A DNA stretch of 64,000 bases from Caecitellus pseudoparvulus (lineage: Eukaryota; Protista; Bigyra: Bicosoecida), in assembly GCA_965644315.1 (NCBI GenBank), contig CBFFRQ010000086.1:59878-123877 (forward strand), written 5' to 3'. Positions 1 through 11,571 of this stretch are shown in pieces. The notes under the pieces were generated by a model that saw only the letters and a program-made list of their open reading frames with translations, did not search any database and was not told where the DNA came from. The first letter of the stretch is position 1, and every line of letters starts with the position of its first letter. A program made the translations under genes and the position numbers.

Positions 1-1088
1 CCCTGCGCAGGGTGGGGTTTTTGTGCACCGGCGAGGCGGAGGTGGGGCTGCTGGAGGCTGCCCTGCCTGGAGGCAGGAGTGGGGAGGTGGGGCGGGGGGG
101 GGATGCCGCCCCCCCCTCGGACGCCGGCCCCCGCCTCCTGCCTACACCGCCTCCGCCCAGCAAGCCTAGCGGCAGCCCCGGGCGCCCCGGCCTCCCCCCT
201 CCCGCGGAGCTGCTCACGCGACCCGGGTCAGGCGTCGCAGTGACTCGTCGTGGCTGGCGCCGCCCCGCAGACCTCCGGCCCAGGCCTGCCCTGCGCAGAC
301 CCGCCTCGCGTGACTGCTGCAGCACTTGGCGCCGCGCCTCCTCAGCCGCCTCCAGCTGGTCCTGCAGTTTGCATCTGTCTGCGGCAATGGCAGCGGCCTG
401 TGCCTCCAGTGCGCGCAGCTGGGCATCCAGTGACGTGACGCTGGACAGGTCAGGGGGTGGACGGGCCGGCGTGTCTCCTGCACGCCGCCCGTGGGTGGCC
501 CTGGGCGCCTCTTGCCCACTCTCTACAATCGTAGTGGTAAGGGGGCGTGAGGCATCCCCGTCTGCGCTGAGCGGGCGCATGTCCAAGGCTTCTGCGGCGC
601 CGCGAGCGGCTGGGGACGGCGCACTGGCCTCAGCGCCAGTGGGAGAGCCGGCGCTGCGTTGCCACTCTGCCAGCCTCTCGCGCAGGCGCTGCTTGCCTGA
701 AGGTGCGCCCTGCGCCCCCTCCGTGACCGGCTGCTGCCCACGCTGCAGCTCTGTGAAGCCTGGGCTGGCATGCCCTGCCGTTGCCATGCTTGAGCCCAGC
801 AAGACGCTGGCAGAGCCTGCCCTTGCCAGCAACGACCCCGAGCTGGAGGTGGGCCGAGAGGCGACTTTTTGTTCGGCTTCTCCTCGCCGCCGGCGAGCGT
901 GGGGGCCAGACACTGGGCGCTGCTGGGGGCGCTGCTGTGGAGGAGGGTGGCGCGTGCAGCATGAAACGCCGGCAAAAAACGCGGCACACCACAGCACATA
1001 CCCCTGCCCCCTGTAGCCCTTCGCGGCCACGAGCTGATCGAAATGCATCTAGTGCATCCATGTCCCTCGCAAAGCCTCTATCAGCCAT
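1..1088 (-). CDS. Hypothetical low-complexity/coiled-coil protein, spliced, runs off the window start
   Basis: ATG at 1088 (MADRGFARDMDALDAF). A probable GT-AG intron lies at about 935-1000. The minus frame then encodes a coiled-coil-like stretch (LDAQLRALEAQAAAIAADRCKLQDQLEAAEEARRQ) and an S/P-rich tail. Confidence 0.45.
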
Positions 1089-1452
1089 GCTCTACGGGCT
1101 TGTGGACCCCCGCCAACCTGACCACTGGCGCTGGCTCGACCTCGCCGCAAGCCCGAGCACCTGCTGCACCTTCCACACTCCAAGCACTTCCACTGGAACG
1201 CGGAAACGGGAGACCACGTCGTTCCAAGGACAGGGGGGTCACCATTGCAGTGCGCTTAGTCGATGAGGCTGTCGCGATGCATTTGCGACGGCCACTGCTT
1301 GTGCACTGACCTGTATGGCCAGACACCCCATGCCAGGGCGCCCTGGAGCTGGCCAGGAGACATCGGGGGCTGTCTCGCGCACAACTCCAGTGCATCCGAT
1401 TCCAGTGCCCATGCTGAGACCCTTCACATGCGCCGGGCCTCCGTCCGCGATT

Positions 1453-2075
1453 TCAGCGCTCGGCAGTGGCCTCCGCACCATCCGATGTGACCGCTTGAGC
1501 CGCTTGCGCCTCCAGCTCCTCTTGCTCACGACTGCGGATGCAGGGGATGGGAGAGGGCGTGTGGGTCGTGCATGCGTGGCGGACGGCGCAGCACGCACTC
1601 CCAGTCCCACTTGCGCTTGAGCAGGTACAGCTGCCCAGCTTCGTTGCTGGCGTGGCAGGCAAGGAGCAGGTAGTTGCGGGGCTGCACCATCCACGCAAAT
1701 CGCATGAACAGCAGGCTGTACACGGCCAGGGCTGAGCGTTGGGCAGGGAGGAGGAGGAGGGGAGTGTGCCAGTCGTACCAGGAGACTGCGGCGGCTGCCT
1801 GAGCACGCACTCGCTGTCATCTTCGTGGATACTGTGTCAGGGGGCTTGTTCATGTCCATCAAAGCCTGTCAGGTGGAGGGGCACAGTAGGGCGTGTTGCC
1901 CTACAGCGTCACGTGCCATCCGTTGCGCGGCTCAAGGTGCAGCTGCAGTGCACCTGCTCAGGGGGCCACGCACCGCCACGACAAAGCCCCAGTTGGCGAC
2001 AGGGCCCCAGAAATGGGTTGTCTTCGGCCCTGCTTCGGAATTCACCCAGCCCATGAAGCGCCCCCATGCTGCCAT
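1453..2075 (-). CDS. MPC1: Mitochondrial pyruvate carrier (MPC1-like), multi-exon
   Basis: Exons encode [34 protein letters not shown] and [31 protein letters not shown], which are hallmark MPC motifs. Confidence 0.92.
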
Positions 2076-2347
2076 CGCTGCTCAGGCACGCAGAAACACG
2101 CCCCCACTGGCCAGGTGGTGTGGTGTTGCTTCGTCACGCTCGAGCGTGTAGCTCTGTGTATGGGCCGCAGCAACGCAATGCACTGGACACTGGTCACCCA
2201 GTTCGGTAAGTAACTTGGCAACAGGAAAGTACGCATACTGTATTGTCTCCTTCCGGGCATGCTTGGTACGCCACCGCAAAAGGCTCTGTCCAGCCAGCTC
2301 CACGCCACGCCGCCGCTCGTTCCCCCCCCCCGGCGCAACCACGCACT

Positions 2348-4339
2348 CTACAACGGCACTGGCCCATGCATCCCTCTGCACGCCTGTGCGCCCTGGGCCT
2401 GCGCCACCCACTGCGCCCTCAGCCCCGCCTCCACCTGGAAGGAGTACCGGAAGGGCTCCGCAGGGTTCGCTTGCGTGAGAACCAGCACCAGCTGGCGAGA
2501 CAGCGGCGGCAAGATGTCCGTGACGCTGTGTCCCTCCCTGGAAGCCAGGACATTCGCGCACCGCCCCCCCCAGGACACGCGCACCACCAGCGCCTGTGCC
2601 TCGCTCCCATTCTCCACAGCCAGCACCATGCCCGCATCTCCCTCGAGCGTGTACTGCAGGGCAGGCTTGCCTTGCAGCAGCACCTGGCGCCTGCCCAGGG
2701 CCACACACCGAGCCGCGAGCACAGCCCCAAACTCAGCCTCAGACAGGGTGCATGGCCGCACCTGCAGCCCGGCAGGTCCGAACACGGTCACAGCCATCTC
2801 TAACGCACGCCAAGCCTCAGCACTAACGGCCCACTCGTGGCAGGGCGCCGCCCCACTCTCCTCACTGCTGAGCAAGGCGCAGCTCACTGGGACTGCGAGC
2901 ACAGGGCCCTGGCCTGCCTCCAGCGCCGCGGTACACAGGCTCCACTCGTCAAATGCCCGAGGTGTCTGGGCCAACACCGTGCCCCCTGCATCCAGCAGGG
3001 CCCACCCCAGGTCTGGCCAGGCCGCCGCTCTCGCCATGCGCTGCCCAATGGCGCGGGTCGTGGCGGCTGGTGCAGTGAAGACGGACACGTCCCCACCCAG
3101 TGGCGCCACCGGAGTTTGGTTGAGACGCCCAGGCGCGCGGCAGGCCTCCACTGTGACGGTGGCGCCACTGGGCGGGGGTGTCAGCCGCAAGGCGGGGAAG
3201 CGAAGAGGCGGCGAGGGGGACTTCTCGGCCACTGCTTTGGGGCAGTGTGGCAAGGCCAGAGCCGCACGCCACACCGGCCTCGCACACAGCACTGCTGCAT
3301 CCACCACTCGGAAAGCTGCCGCGAAGGTCTCCAGGGGCAGCGTGAACCCGGCAGATGAAAACAACGGCGTTGCAGACTCGCCGCCAGGGCTGCCTTCCCC
3401 CTGCTCCTTACATGCAGGGTCAAAGAGCCACACCTGCGGCGTTCCATGAGGCCCGTCCACCCTCGTGCCAAGCACAGCGTAAGCGTGGTCTGGCTTTAGG
3501 GGCGGGCCGCCCTCTCCCGCCACGGCAGAGGGCGCATGTTGCAGCCCGGAACATGACGCCACCATGGCATGTCCTGCGCTGTCCCAGCGCCGCAGAGTTC
3601 GCCACAGCGTCGCTTGGAGCGGCGTGGAGGGCAGCCCTGGCGCCCGCGCCCCGGGGCGTACAGAGGCGCACCGCTGGCGCCGCCACAGCTGCTGCCCTCG
3701 CGTCTCGCCCGTGGCGCAGTCCAAGCTCAGCACAGGCGCCGCAGTGAGCATGCGCAGTCCATCTCGCCCGCCGCCACCCGCCAGGCCAGCCCACTCCCCC
3801 ACGCACATAGATGCCGCTCCAGCCTCCACCTGGGCCGGCCACGCCGCAGCCTTGCTCGACAGCACGCCCCGTGGTAGGGCATCTTTGGCCCAATCTGGCG
3901 CAGACGGCAAGTCGTGCCACTGCGTCCCGTTCCACAGAGTCAGGGTGGGGTGCAGGCGGCGCTGCAGGGTGTGCGGGGCGGTGTGGGCCACTGCTGCGGC
4001 AGCTGCGAGCAACCAACAAGAGTCCAGGCCTCCCTGCTGCACCTGCTGTGGGCGGGGGAGAGATGGAAGCCCTGCATGGTGTGCCATCGGCATCTGCTTC
4101 GCAACACCCGGCGTGCAGCCTGCCTGGTGGGCCTGTGCAGCAGGCTGTGGCTCGCCTGGTGCCGGCCGCTCTTGCCAGGGACAGGCTGTGACGGCGACAG
4201 GCCACAACACGGCGGGCTTGCCAGCCACCCCAGGCGATTCCTCGACAACGGCACAATTGAAGGAAAGGCCAACACTACACTCTGGGCAGCTAGCACAGTC
4301 TGCGGGCAACTGCCCCCAGCACTCAGGACACAAGGCCAT
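2348..4339 (-). CDS. Calpain-like cysteine protease (calpain-15/SOL-like) with N-terminal zinc ribbon, divergent
   Basis: Shows QQGGLDSCWLLAA (catalytic Cys region), DHAYAVL (His) and WLFDP in place of RNPW. There is an N-terminal CPEC-x8-CPEC motif and a C-terminus ending GMHGPVPL that resembles the SOL-homology tail. Confidence 0.7.
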   Translation of the reverse strand: MALCPECWGQLPADCASCPECSVGLSFNCAVVEESPGVAGKPAVLWPVAVTACPWQERPAPGEPQPAAQAHQAGCTPGVAKQMPMAHHAGLPSLPRPQQVQQGGLDSCWLLAAAAAVAHTAPHTLQRRLHPTLTLWNGTQWHDLPSAPDWAKDALPRGVLSSKAAAWPAQVEAGAASMCVGEWAGLAGGGGRDGLRMLTAAPVLSLDCATGETRGQQLWRRQRCASVRPGARAPGLPSTPLQATLWRTLRRWDSAGHAMVASCSGLQHAPSAVAGEGGPPLKPDHAYAVLGTRVDGPHGTPQVWLFDPACKEQGEGSPGGESATPLFSSAGFTLPLETFAAAFRVVDAAVLCARPVWRAALALPHCPKAVAEKSPSPPLRFPALRLTPPPSGATVTVEACRAPGRLNQTPVAPLGGDVSVFTAPAATTRAIGQRMARAAAWPDLGWALLDAGGTVLAQTPRAFDEWSLCTAALEAGQGPVLAVPVSCALLSSEESGAAPCHEWAVSAEAWRALEMAVTVFGPAGLQVRPCTLSEAEFGAVLAARCVALGRRQVLLQGKPALQYTLEGDAGMVLAVENGSEAQALVVRVSWGGRCANVLASREGHSVTDILPPLSRQLVLVLTQANPAEPFRYSFQVEAGLRAQWVAQAQGAQACRGMHGPVPL

Positions 4340-4438
4340 GCGCACATGCGAGCGCCGAGGCTTCAAAATCCGCACTCATCGAGCACTCACAGGTGCCATG
4401 TGTGCATTGGCTTGCCTGCAGGCAGGGTGTGGGCAGCA

Positions 4439-6970
4439 TCACCAGGAGAACTCCTCAAAATGAAACTCCCAGCCAACTGCAGTGGTCGCGACACTCGCGT
4501 CGTCGACAAGGCCCTTGGGGCCACATGCCATGACCAGCCCTGGCGCTCCTGCCGCACCTGAGTGGTGCTTCTGCACAACCCCCCGCACCTGAGGCCGCTG
4601 CGTGGTCGTGCGCTCCTGAATCCACGCGCCTGCGCCGGCTGGCAGGTCCAGCAGGGAGGCCGGCAGTGCCGAGGCACCGTCCTGGTGCAAGGCCTTGCAG
4701 TACAGCTGCACGCTCACGTGCAGGTCTGCGGGTGCGCCCTGGCTCAGCAACTCGAAGAGGGCCAGTCCGAACTCACGCAGGAGCCCAGGCTCCCGCACAG
4801 ACCACACAAAGGCAACGCGGACAGGGCCACCTGTCTCGCCCATGCGCCTGCGGTGCACGATCTCAGACAGAATGGCCAGCATAGGTGTGATGCCGATGCC
4901 GCCTGCCACCAGCACCAGGTGTGGGAATGCCATGAAGTTGGCGGGTCGCCCATACGGCCCGTCCACGGCAACCTGCAGGGGCACACCCTCCTCCCCCAGC
5001 AGCGCCGCGCTGGCGCCACTGCGCTGGTTCAAGCTGCCAGGTGCGGCGCCGCCCTCCCCGGACACCACCGCAAACAGGTCATCTGTCCAGGTCTTGTCCC
5101 CCATTGCCTTGATGTGGAAGGTGAACACTTGCTGGCTGGCACAGGGCGCGCTGCTGATGGTGAAGGGGTGCCACGCCGTCTGTGACACGGCAGGGATGTG
5201 CAGCCACGCGTACTGGCCAGCCGTGTGGCCGCCACTAGCCAGGAGGCTGGTGCGCAGGGCTTGGGCAGGCAGGGTCAGGCGGGTGATGCGGGAGCCAGGA
5301 ATGGCCTCTGCTGACGCCGTGGCGGCGTGCGTTCGGCGCAGGAACCGCCAGGTGCGGTCGAAGTAGTACAGTGTGAGGCCGAAGGCGGTGAAGTACCAGT
5401 TGCTCCAGGCATGCATCATGCCTGTCACCAGCACCACCACGCCCACGTATGCGTGGAAGGAGTAAAAGTAGTCAAAGAGCACGCGGCGAGCCATGATGGT
5501 GACGGCGATGGACAGCGTGAGCAGCAGCCACGCCGTGTGCACAAAGGGCATCGTAAAGTTGTCAAAGTGCTTCCACTGCCCGCCACCCTCGCGGTTGGTG
5601 ATGACGAGGTTGTGCGTGGTGACAATGTTGTTCCCCAGCACACCGTCCATACCCCACATGATCCACCACGTCAGCATGTGCATGGTCAGCCACGCGTAAG
5701 CAGCGGCACCCAGCCACCGGTGCAGCTTCACCGCCCGTTCGAATGACACGCCAAAGACACAGGTCCACACGCTGTCGCGGGCGACAGGCAGCATGAGCAG
5801 AGCAAAAGACAACGTGGTCATGTGCCCGAACACACGAGCCCATCGCTGGAACTGCGGGTGCATCTGCCCGTTGGACTTAGCTTCCTCCTCGATGTGGGTG
5901 AAGAACACGCTCCAGTACAGGAACCACGCGACGTACAGCATGACAAGCAGGGAAACAACGAGCACCTCACCGACGGTAGTGCCCCATGGGAAAGGGTGCA
6001 GCCAACGTGCCCAGGTGCCGGCAGGGGCGGGGGAGCCCCCGCCCACGCGCTTGTGCATGGTGCTGCGCCACAGTGGCAGGCAGTACGTGGCCGCGCCGCC
6101 CAGCACGACCGCCATGATGGTGCAGTAGAAGATGAGTGGGTCTGGGTACATCTTGAAGATGAAAGCTTTGTCCCCACTCCCAATGGACCATGACTCCGGG
6201 TTCAGAGCGTAGGGTGAGGTAGCTGGGAAGTACGAGCCTGCGCTGAAGTTCCAGATGCTGCTGAAGCAGCCAGTTGCGAACAGGAACGCCAAGGCGGCGA
6301 ACAGTGCCGCCCCAATCCCGCAGGCATTCGAAGACAGTGTGGAGGGAAAGGCTGGCAGCACTGGGCTGGGGCGGCTGTGTGGCACCAGCTTCGGCGCCGC
6401 CGTGGCTGTGGCAACATGGCCTCCGCTGACATGCCACGCCAGAAGAACCAGGCAAGCCAACCCCAGGGGCATGCCCGCAGCAAAGAGCCAGCCGCCGATG
6501 AACTGTTGCAGGGGATCCCTGTCCACGGCAAAGGTGTCTGCCGGCGTCCCGCACTGCGCCAGCGCGGTTGCCGCCAGGGCGACGAATTCCACTCCCAGGG
6601 CGCCCAGCAACACCAGCAGCGGCGTGCGGCTTTGCAGCCGGTGGGCAGCTTCCACGGTCCACCACGTCATCGCGATGCCTGCCGGCACGACGTAGAGCAG
6701 CAAGGAGATCCCTGTCATGTTCACAGGCCGGAGAATTCCAGTGTAGTCATCATCTCCACCGTCGTTGTTCAGGCGCATGCCTGACTTGGCTGAGAATGAA
6801 TGCGCAATCATGTACACTGCAGCAAGTGCGGCCCCCACAGTGGCTGCCTGCGAAACGATCAGCATGGCAAATACTCGGGGCCACGATGATGCACCAAGAG
6901 GCTGTGTCTTCATGATGCTTTTTTCTGACATTGCCATGTCCATGGACGTCTCGCGTCCCCTGGAACTCAT
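4439..6970 (-). CDS. Ferric-chelate reductase / NADPH-oxidase family flavocytochrome (FRO-like)
   Basis: Heme-ligand TM histidines (LHRWLG..LTMHM, FHAY..MMH), FAD motif WHPFTISS, NADPH motifs DGPYG, LVAGGIGITP and ACGP, and terminal HFEEFSW. Confidence 0.9.
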   Translation of the reverse strand: MSSRGRETSMDMAMSEKSIMKTQPLGASSWPRVFAMLIVSQAATVGAALAAVYMIAHSFSAKSGMRLNNDGGDDDYTGILRPVNMTGISLLLYVVPAGIAMTWWTVEAAHRLQSRTPLLVLLGALGVEFVALAATALAQCGTPADTFAVDRDPLQQFIGGWLFAAGMPLGLACLVLLAWHVSGGHVATATAAPKLVPHSRPSPVLPAFPSTLSSNACGIGAALFAALAFLFATGCFSSIWNFSAGSYFPATSPYALNPESWSIGSGDKAFIFKMYPDPLIFYCTIMAVVLGGAATYCLPLWRSTMHKRVGGGSPAPAGTWARWLHPFPWGTTVGEVLVVSLLVMLYVAWFLYWSVFFTHIEEEAKSNGQMHPQFQRWARVFGHMTTLSFALLMLPVARDSVWTCVFGVSFERAVKLHRWLGAAAYAWLTMHMLTWWIMWGMDGVLGNNIVTTHNLVITNREGGGQWKHFDNFTMPFVHTAWLLLTLSIAVTIMARRVLFDYFYSFHAYVGVVVLVTGMMHAWSNWYFTAFGLTLYYFDRTWRFLRRTHAATASAEAIPGSRITRLTLPAQALRTSLLASGGHTAGQYAWLHIPAVSQTAWHPFTISSAPCASQQVFTFHIKAMGDKTWTDDLFAVVSGEGGAAPGSLNQRSGASAALLGEEGVPLQVAVDGPYGRPANFMAFPHLVLVAGGIGITPMLAILSEIVHRRRMGETGGPVRVAFVWSVREPGLLREFGLALFELLSQGAPADLHVSVQLYCKALHQDGASALPASLLDLPAGAGAWIQERTTTQRPQVRGVVQKHHSGAAGAPGLVMACGPKGLVDDASVATTAVGWEFHFEEFSW

Positions 6971-7660
6971 GCTGGCTAATGCAGCACCTTGGTGCAACGA
7001 ATTCCGCACAAGCCAATGCGTCGGGAAGCCGAATCACGGTGCAGGCCTGCGCCCTAGCGAAGCGGATGAGATACCTGGGAAAAAGGTGGGATGCTAAAAT
7101 ATATGCAGGTTGATGAAATGCACCGACTCCGCTGCAGTTGACTTCGTCCGTTCTGGTGAGGGGGAGCCGCTTCTGAGTGCGCGGAGCCGGTGCTCCCCAC
7201 TGCCAGCGGCCGGGCGCACAAGTGCAGAACGACTCCCCCCCGAAAGGGAAAAATTGGATTGAGACACCTGCGCAAAATGCACTCTGATTCGCCCGAGGCC
7301 TGCAGCGCGCGCCCCCTGCTTCGCGTTGGCAAAGCGGTGCTGGCACTTCACAGAGTGGAACCCAGGCTTCCTGGCAATCCCTGTGGAAAGTCTCGCACAC
7401 GCTGCCTCCATGGTGTCGTGATGGATGCCTGATCGATGAAGCACGGCTTGGTGGCGCGCAGACAGGCGGCTCCCTGCCACTGTAACTTGCCCTCGGATTC
7501 GGACCGCCGGCCGAACACACACACTCCCACCGACAAAAACAGGACACGCCTCCTTGAATCCCTTGACTACACGGGGGGTGCGACCTTGTTCCTGTGCAGG
7601 GCACCTGGGGTGTGACAAGCTTGTGGTGTCTCAGGTAGCCGAGTCAACGGACGAAACGCC

Positions 7661-9224
7661 ATGGCAGCGGCACCGCCTTCAGAATCGAGCACCGCCGCCT
7701 TCGGGACAGAGTTCGTGCTACGATGCCTTGCTCACGAGGCAAATAGCCCTGCTATCTCCACGATGACATCAGGTTTGCCTTTCTTCGTCCCCGGCCTTGT
7801 CATTCCGGGCGATGGCGCGCACGAGGTGTACAGCAGCACGCCATCTCCTGGCCCACGCCAAGGCCCTCCAGTCGGGTATCGCGTCGCGAACGAAACAGCG
7901 CTAGCAGAACTCTTCAAGAAGGCGGCCAGTTGCACAACTGAAAGTGCTGGACGTGGTGAGCACTCCGAGGTCTGCTGGCTCGTGGCGCCGCCCCCATCAG
8001 AATCCGCAGAAGTAAGTCCAAGCCCCTGCCGCCAACCCTGTCCCACGGCCCTCTGAACGCTGCCTGAAACCCTTGCAGGAGCTGACCGAAGCCCAACTGG
8101 CACAAAATCTAAAGGCGCCTTCATGGCTCCCAGGCTCTGTGCTGGTGCCGGGCTGGGTGCGGCCGACATTCACAGTGGAAGCGATCGCGTGTTGCACTGG
8201 TCCGGTGTCTTTGACCATCAAGCGATGTGGAGGAAGCTCCACGAGCAAACCAGATTCACCACACCCTGTTTCCGTGAAGGATGAAGCTATTGACGAAGCT
8301 AGCCTTTCTGTGCTTCAGCAGTGCGGGGAGGCACTTTGGCTGTTGACCACAGCCAACGCGCCTGGCGTGCAGTTCATGCAAAGCACGTGGAGCTTCAGAC
8401 ACAGCGGATTTCCAGCGTTGTTTTCCGTAGTCGGGACGAGCTACGTCGCGGCACCCGACCTGAGACATGAAACCCCAGGGGAGCTCAAAGCGCAGCGACC
8501 TGGTACTGCACCTTCAAACGCACGAGACTCTGCAGCACAGGGCGCTCCCACTCGACGCCCACGCAGCGCGCAGGACCTTGTACGACTTCATGCCACCTAC
8601 GCCAAGGAGCTGCTGCCCAGCAAGCCCAGCGGGCGGGCAGGGCGACTGCCGCTGGCCAGGCTGCGTGCAGGCCCACAAAGCGACGTGCGCAGCAAGGACT
8701 CCTTCACGTCAGAGTTTCTGGAGCGGCTGGCCTCGACGAAGCAAGGACAGCTGCTGGCAACTGCCACAAGCTCAACAGGCCAAGTGCATTCTAAGGGTGC
8801 AGAGGGCGGGCCAATTCTTGAGTCTGGCAGCAAGGCATGGCGAGCCCGGCTGAATCAGCCCCTGGCCTACCTCAGGGCAGATGCACTGCACAGCTTTTCA
8901 CTGACAGCACACGCACACCCCAGCTTCAAAACCATGTTTGCCATCATGGGCATTCTGCTTCAAGGCAGAGCCCTTTCCTGGCAAGCTGCAGTCGTGGCGC
9001 TGAGGAAGGGCGACGGATTCATCCGCCAACTGCAACGCTTCAGTGCCGAGGAGGTGCCGCTCGCTCGCGCCCAAGCTGCCATGGACCTGCTGCCAACGTG
9101 CACTGCACTCACGCCTGACATGGCTGCACTGCAGCATGCCCAAGCCGGCCACCTGGCAAACTGGACCATTCACGCGGCTTTCTGGGCTGCGGCCCACCAT
9201 GGCCTGCCACCACCTTCCACATGA
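7661..9224 (+). CDS. Hypothetical protein with C-terminal dynein microtubule-binding-domain (MT stalk tip)-like region
   Basis: Two ORFs are joined by an intron (gtaagt at about 8012 to ttgcag at 8078). The C-terminal pattern ILL..LSW....FI..L..F....AGHLANWT resembles a dynein MTBD. Confidence 0.5.
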
Positions 9225-9244
9225 AAAGGAAAGCCATGAGGTGG

Positions 9245-10835
9245 CTAGTCCTGAGGCGAAGCCATCCACAGCGATAGCTTGCCTTCTGAATCTCCCGTGA
9301 CAATCGACGAAGCCCCAGCACAGACAGCAACGGCAGTGGGGAAGGAAGCTGCCACACTGCTCAGTACCCGAACGGTTTTACCCTGCAGGACATCAGTACA
9401 GGCCAATGCTTTGTCTTCCCCCACAGAGACAACCAGCAGCCCACATGGATGCCATGTAGCTTGCTTTGTCCACGCTGCGTGCGCTTCCTGTGAAGAAAGA
9501 GATGGAAGTCAGTGCCCGCCCGCCCGGACGGACGGTGCTGGCGCATCGAAGTACTCACGCAGCTGCAGACTTGAACTCCCGTCTCGGCATCGTGCACTGC
9601 GACCCTGTTGTCCCTGCCAGCCGTCAAAATGTACGCTGCGGAATCAGGACCGGTGCTTAAGTCTTCCCCACCCCCAGCAGCCGCAGCGCGGGGAGCGCCT
9701 TCTTCGCCGAACGAAAGCTGTGCCTTGACACCTTGCAGCGCTGCTGCCTGGGCAGATTTTCTCCTTAAACGTGCCGCTTGAGCAACCCCCGCAAACTCGA
9801 TGCTTTCCACTGCGTGTTCATGGGCAACCAACTCCAGCGAGCAGCTGCTTTCCTGGGCAGCGCCAGAAACCAAACTCCACACCTGCACCACCCCAGCATC
9901 CCCCCCCACAGCCAGCGCAGCCGCATCCGGCGAGACTGCCAGAGAGCGTATGGGTCCTTCTAAAGTCCTCCAGGTCTGGACACATGACCCCGTCGCGGCG
10001 TTCCACATTCGGCAGGTGCCATCCCTGGCGCCTCCCACCAAGTGGTCGCTCGCAGGCACCCAGGCAACGCACCCCACTCCTTCGCCAGCTAACGTGCGAA
10101 ACGCCTGCGAACCAGCACCAGGAGAAAATGACCACAGCTTTACAGAGTCATCTTGAGCAGTTGTCGCCAAGCGCTGGCCAGCCGCATCAAATGCAGCTGC
10201 CCTGAGGCCCCCTGTGTGTCCCCGCAACGTGCGCTCTCGAACCAGTCCATCCTCCTGTACAGCCCAGACATGTAGCAGGGCATCCAGCCCACCTGACACG
10301 ACCACATCAAACACGGGGTGGCAAACCAGCACGGACACGCCGTCGCTGTGCCCCGCCGTGCAACAAGCGGCAGGGGAGCAGGGGAGCCATTCCGCTGAGA
10401 GCGCTGAACCAGGAGTGGCAACGGTACCGCGGGCTGCCGCCTGCGCCGCTCGCAGCTCCCCTTGCAGGGCGTGCACCTGAGCCTCGAGGTCCAGGACCTT
10501 CTTTTGTAGCTTCACACTCGCGGTCCACTTCCGCACCAAGGTGGGAACGATCCCGGCGCCTGGGAGGAAGAGAAGTGGAATGGTGCAGAGCGTGCTGCCT
10601 GCCCCTGCACGATGCCGAGCTTACGTGATACAGAGTCTACCTCGAGGCCAGCTGCAGCTGCAAACTCCACAGCACACCCTTCAAATGCATCTCCTTTGGA
10701 AAGCAGGTACTGGAGTACTGCCTCGTGCCTGCGCAAGCGAGGCACGCCACCTTGGCCAACGCTGCAGCGGAAATTGCTTGGAGCTCTTGGCACCGCGACT
10801 TACAAGTCGCCGGACTGGCGCCTAGTCAACGCCAT
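9245..10835 (-). CDS. LIS1: LIS1/PAFAH1B1-like protein (LisH, coiled coil, WD40), multi-exon
   Basis: MALTRRQ..L/HEAVLQYL (LisH), LVRKWTASVKLQKKVLDLE (LIS1 coiled coil), and WD40 repeats (GHSDGVS..HPVF, RTLRGHT, AHEHAVESIEFA). Stop is at 9245-9247. Confidence 0.85.
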
Positions 10836-11571
10836 GGCGCCCAACTAAGTAAATCATCAAACTAACATACAGTTCTCCCTCCATTAATTTGGACTGTCAT
10901 TGATTTACGCTAAGTCCTGTGGAGTGAATGACCACCCGTTGAGGGAGCGCTTGCCTGCCATGGATAAGAAGACCCACTTACGGGTTCTAAATTTGCTGTT
11001 CTCACGGAATATGTTACTTGTAATCGTGTTAAGAAGGCCACTGAAGAATCGAATTCGCCCAGTCCAGAGGATACAGTCTTGCTGGGTCAGGAGCAGCGCA
11101 CATGGGCGCACAGCTGAGTGAAATGATGCCTCCATTCTGCTTCTGCAAGAATCACAAACCTGCGCGAGAAAATCAGCTGACAGGGGTGGTGCGGGAGTGA
11201 CTCGGCGAACTCCGCGCAGCAGCAAAATCCCAGTCCACCGAAGAACTTCATTCCTTCCTTGGTTAGAGATTCCCTCCCCCACCCCTCTGCTTGCCGCCAC
11301 ACACCCTGCGTGCTTGTCACGCCAGCACGGGATTGTCCACGAAACTCGGAAACGCACCAACAACGCAGGTGCAGCTAGAAAAGCTGCAGAAGGCACACCT
11401 GAGCGAAAACAATCAAAATGGTGCGTTGGCAGCACAGCCAAACGTGCCTGTTCACTGGTGCACACAATGGGAGGTAGTGAACACAACGAGAGGGAGTGAG
11501 CACGGAAGTCACACCAGCACCTCCCTTCTCCGCACCAGGCCACGGCAGCCAAAGGAGGGGAAAGAAGCTGG

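Noticed and set aside
10841-11560. Lower-GC stretch with a 215-aa minus-strand ORF, as a possible viral or mobile relic
   Set aside because: No recognisable motif, terminal repeat or codon bias. It is best read as the divergent promoter region between LIS1 and TmcB copy 1.
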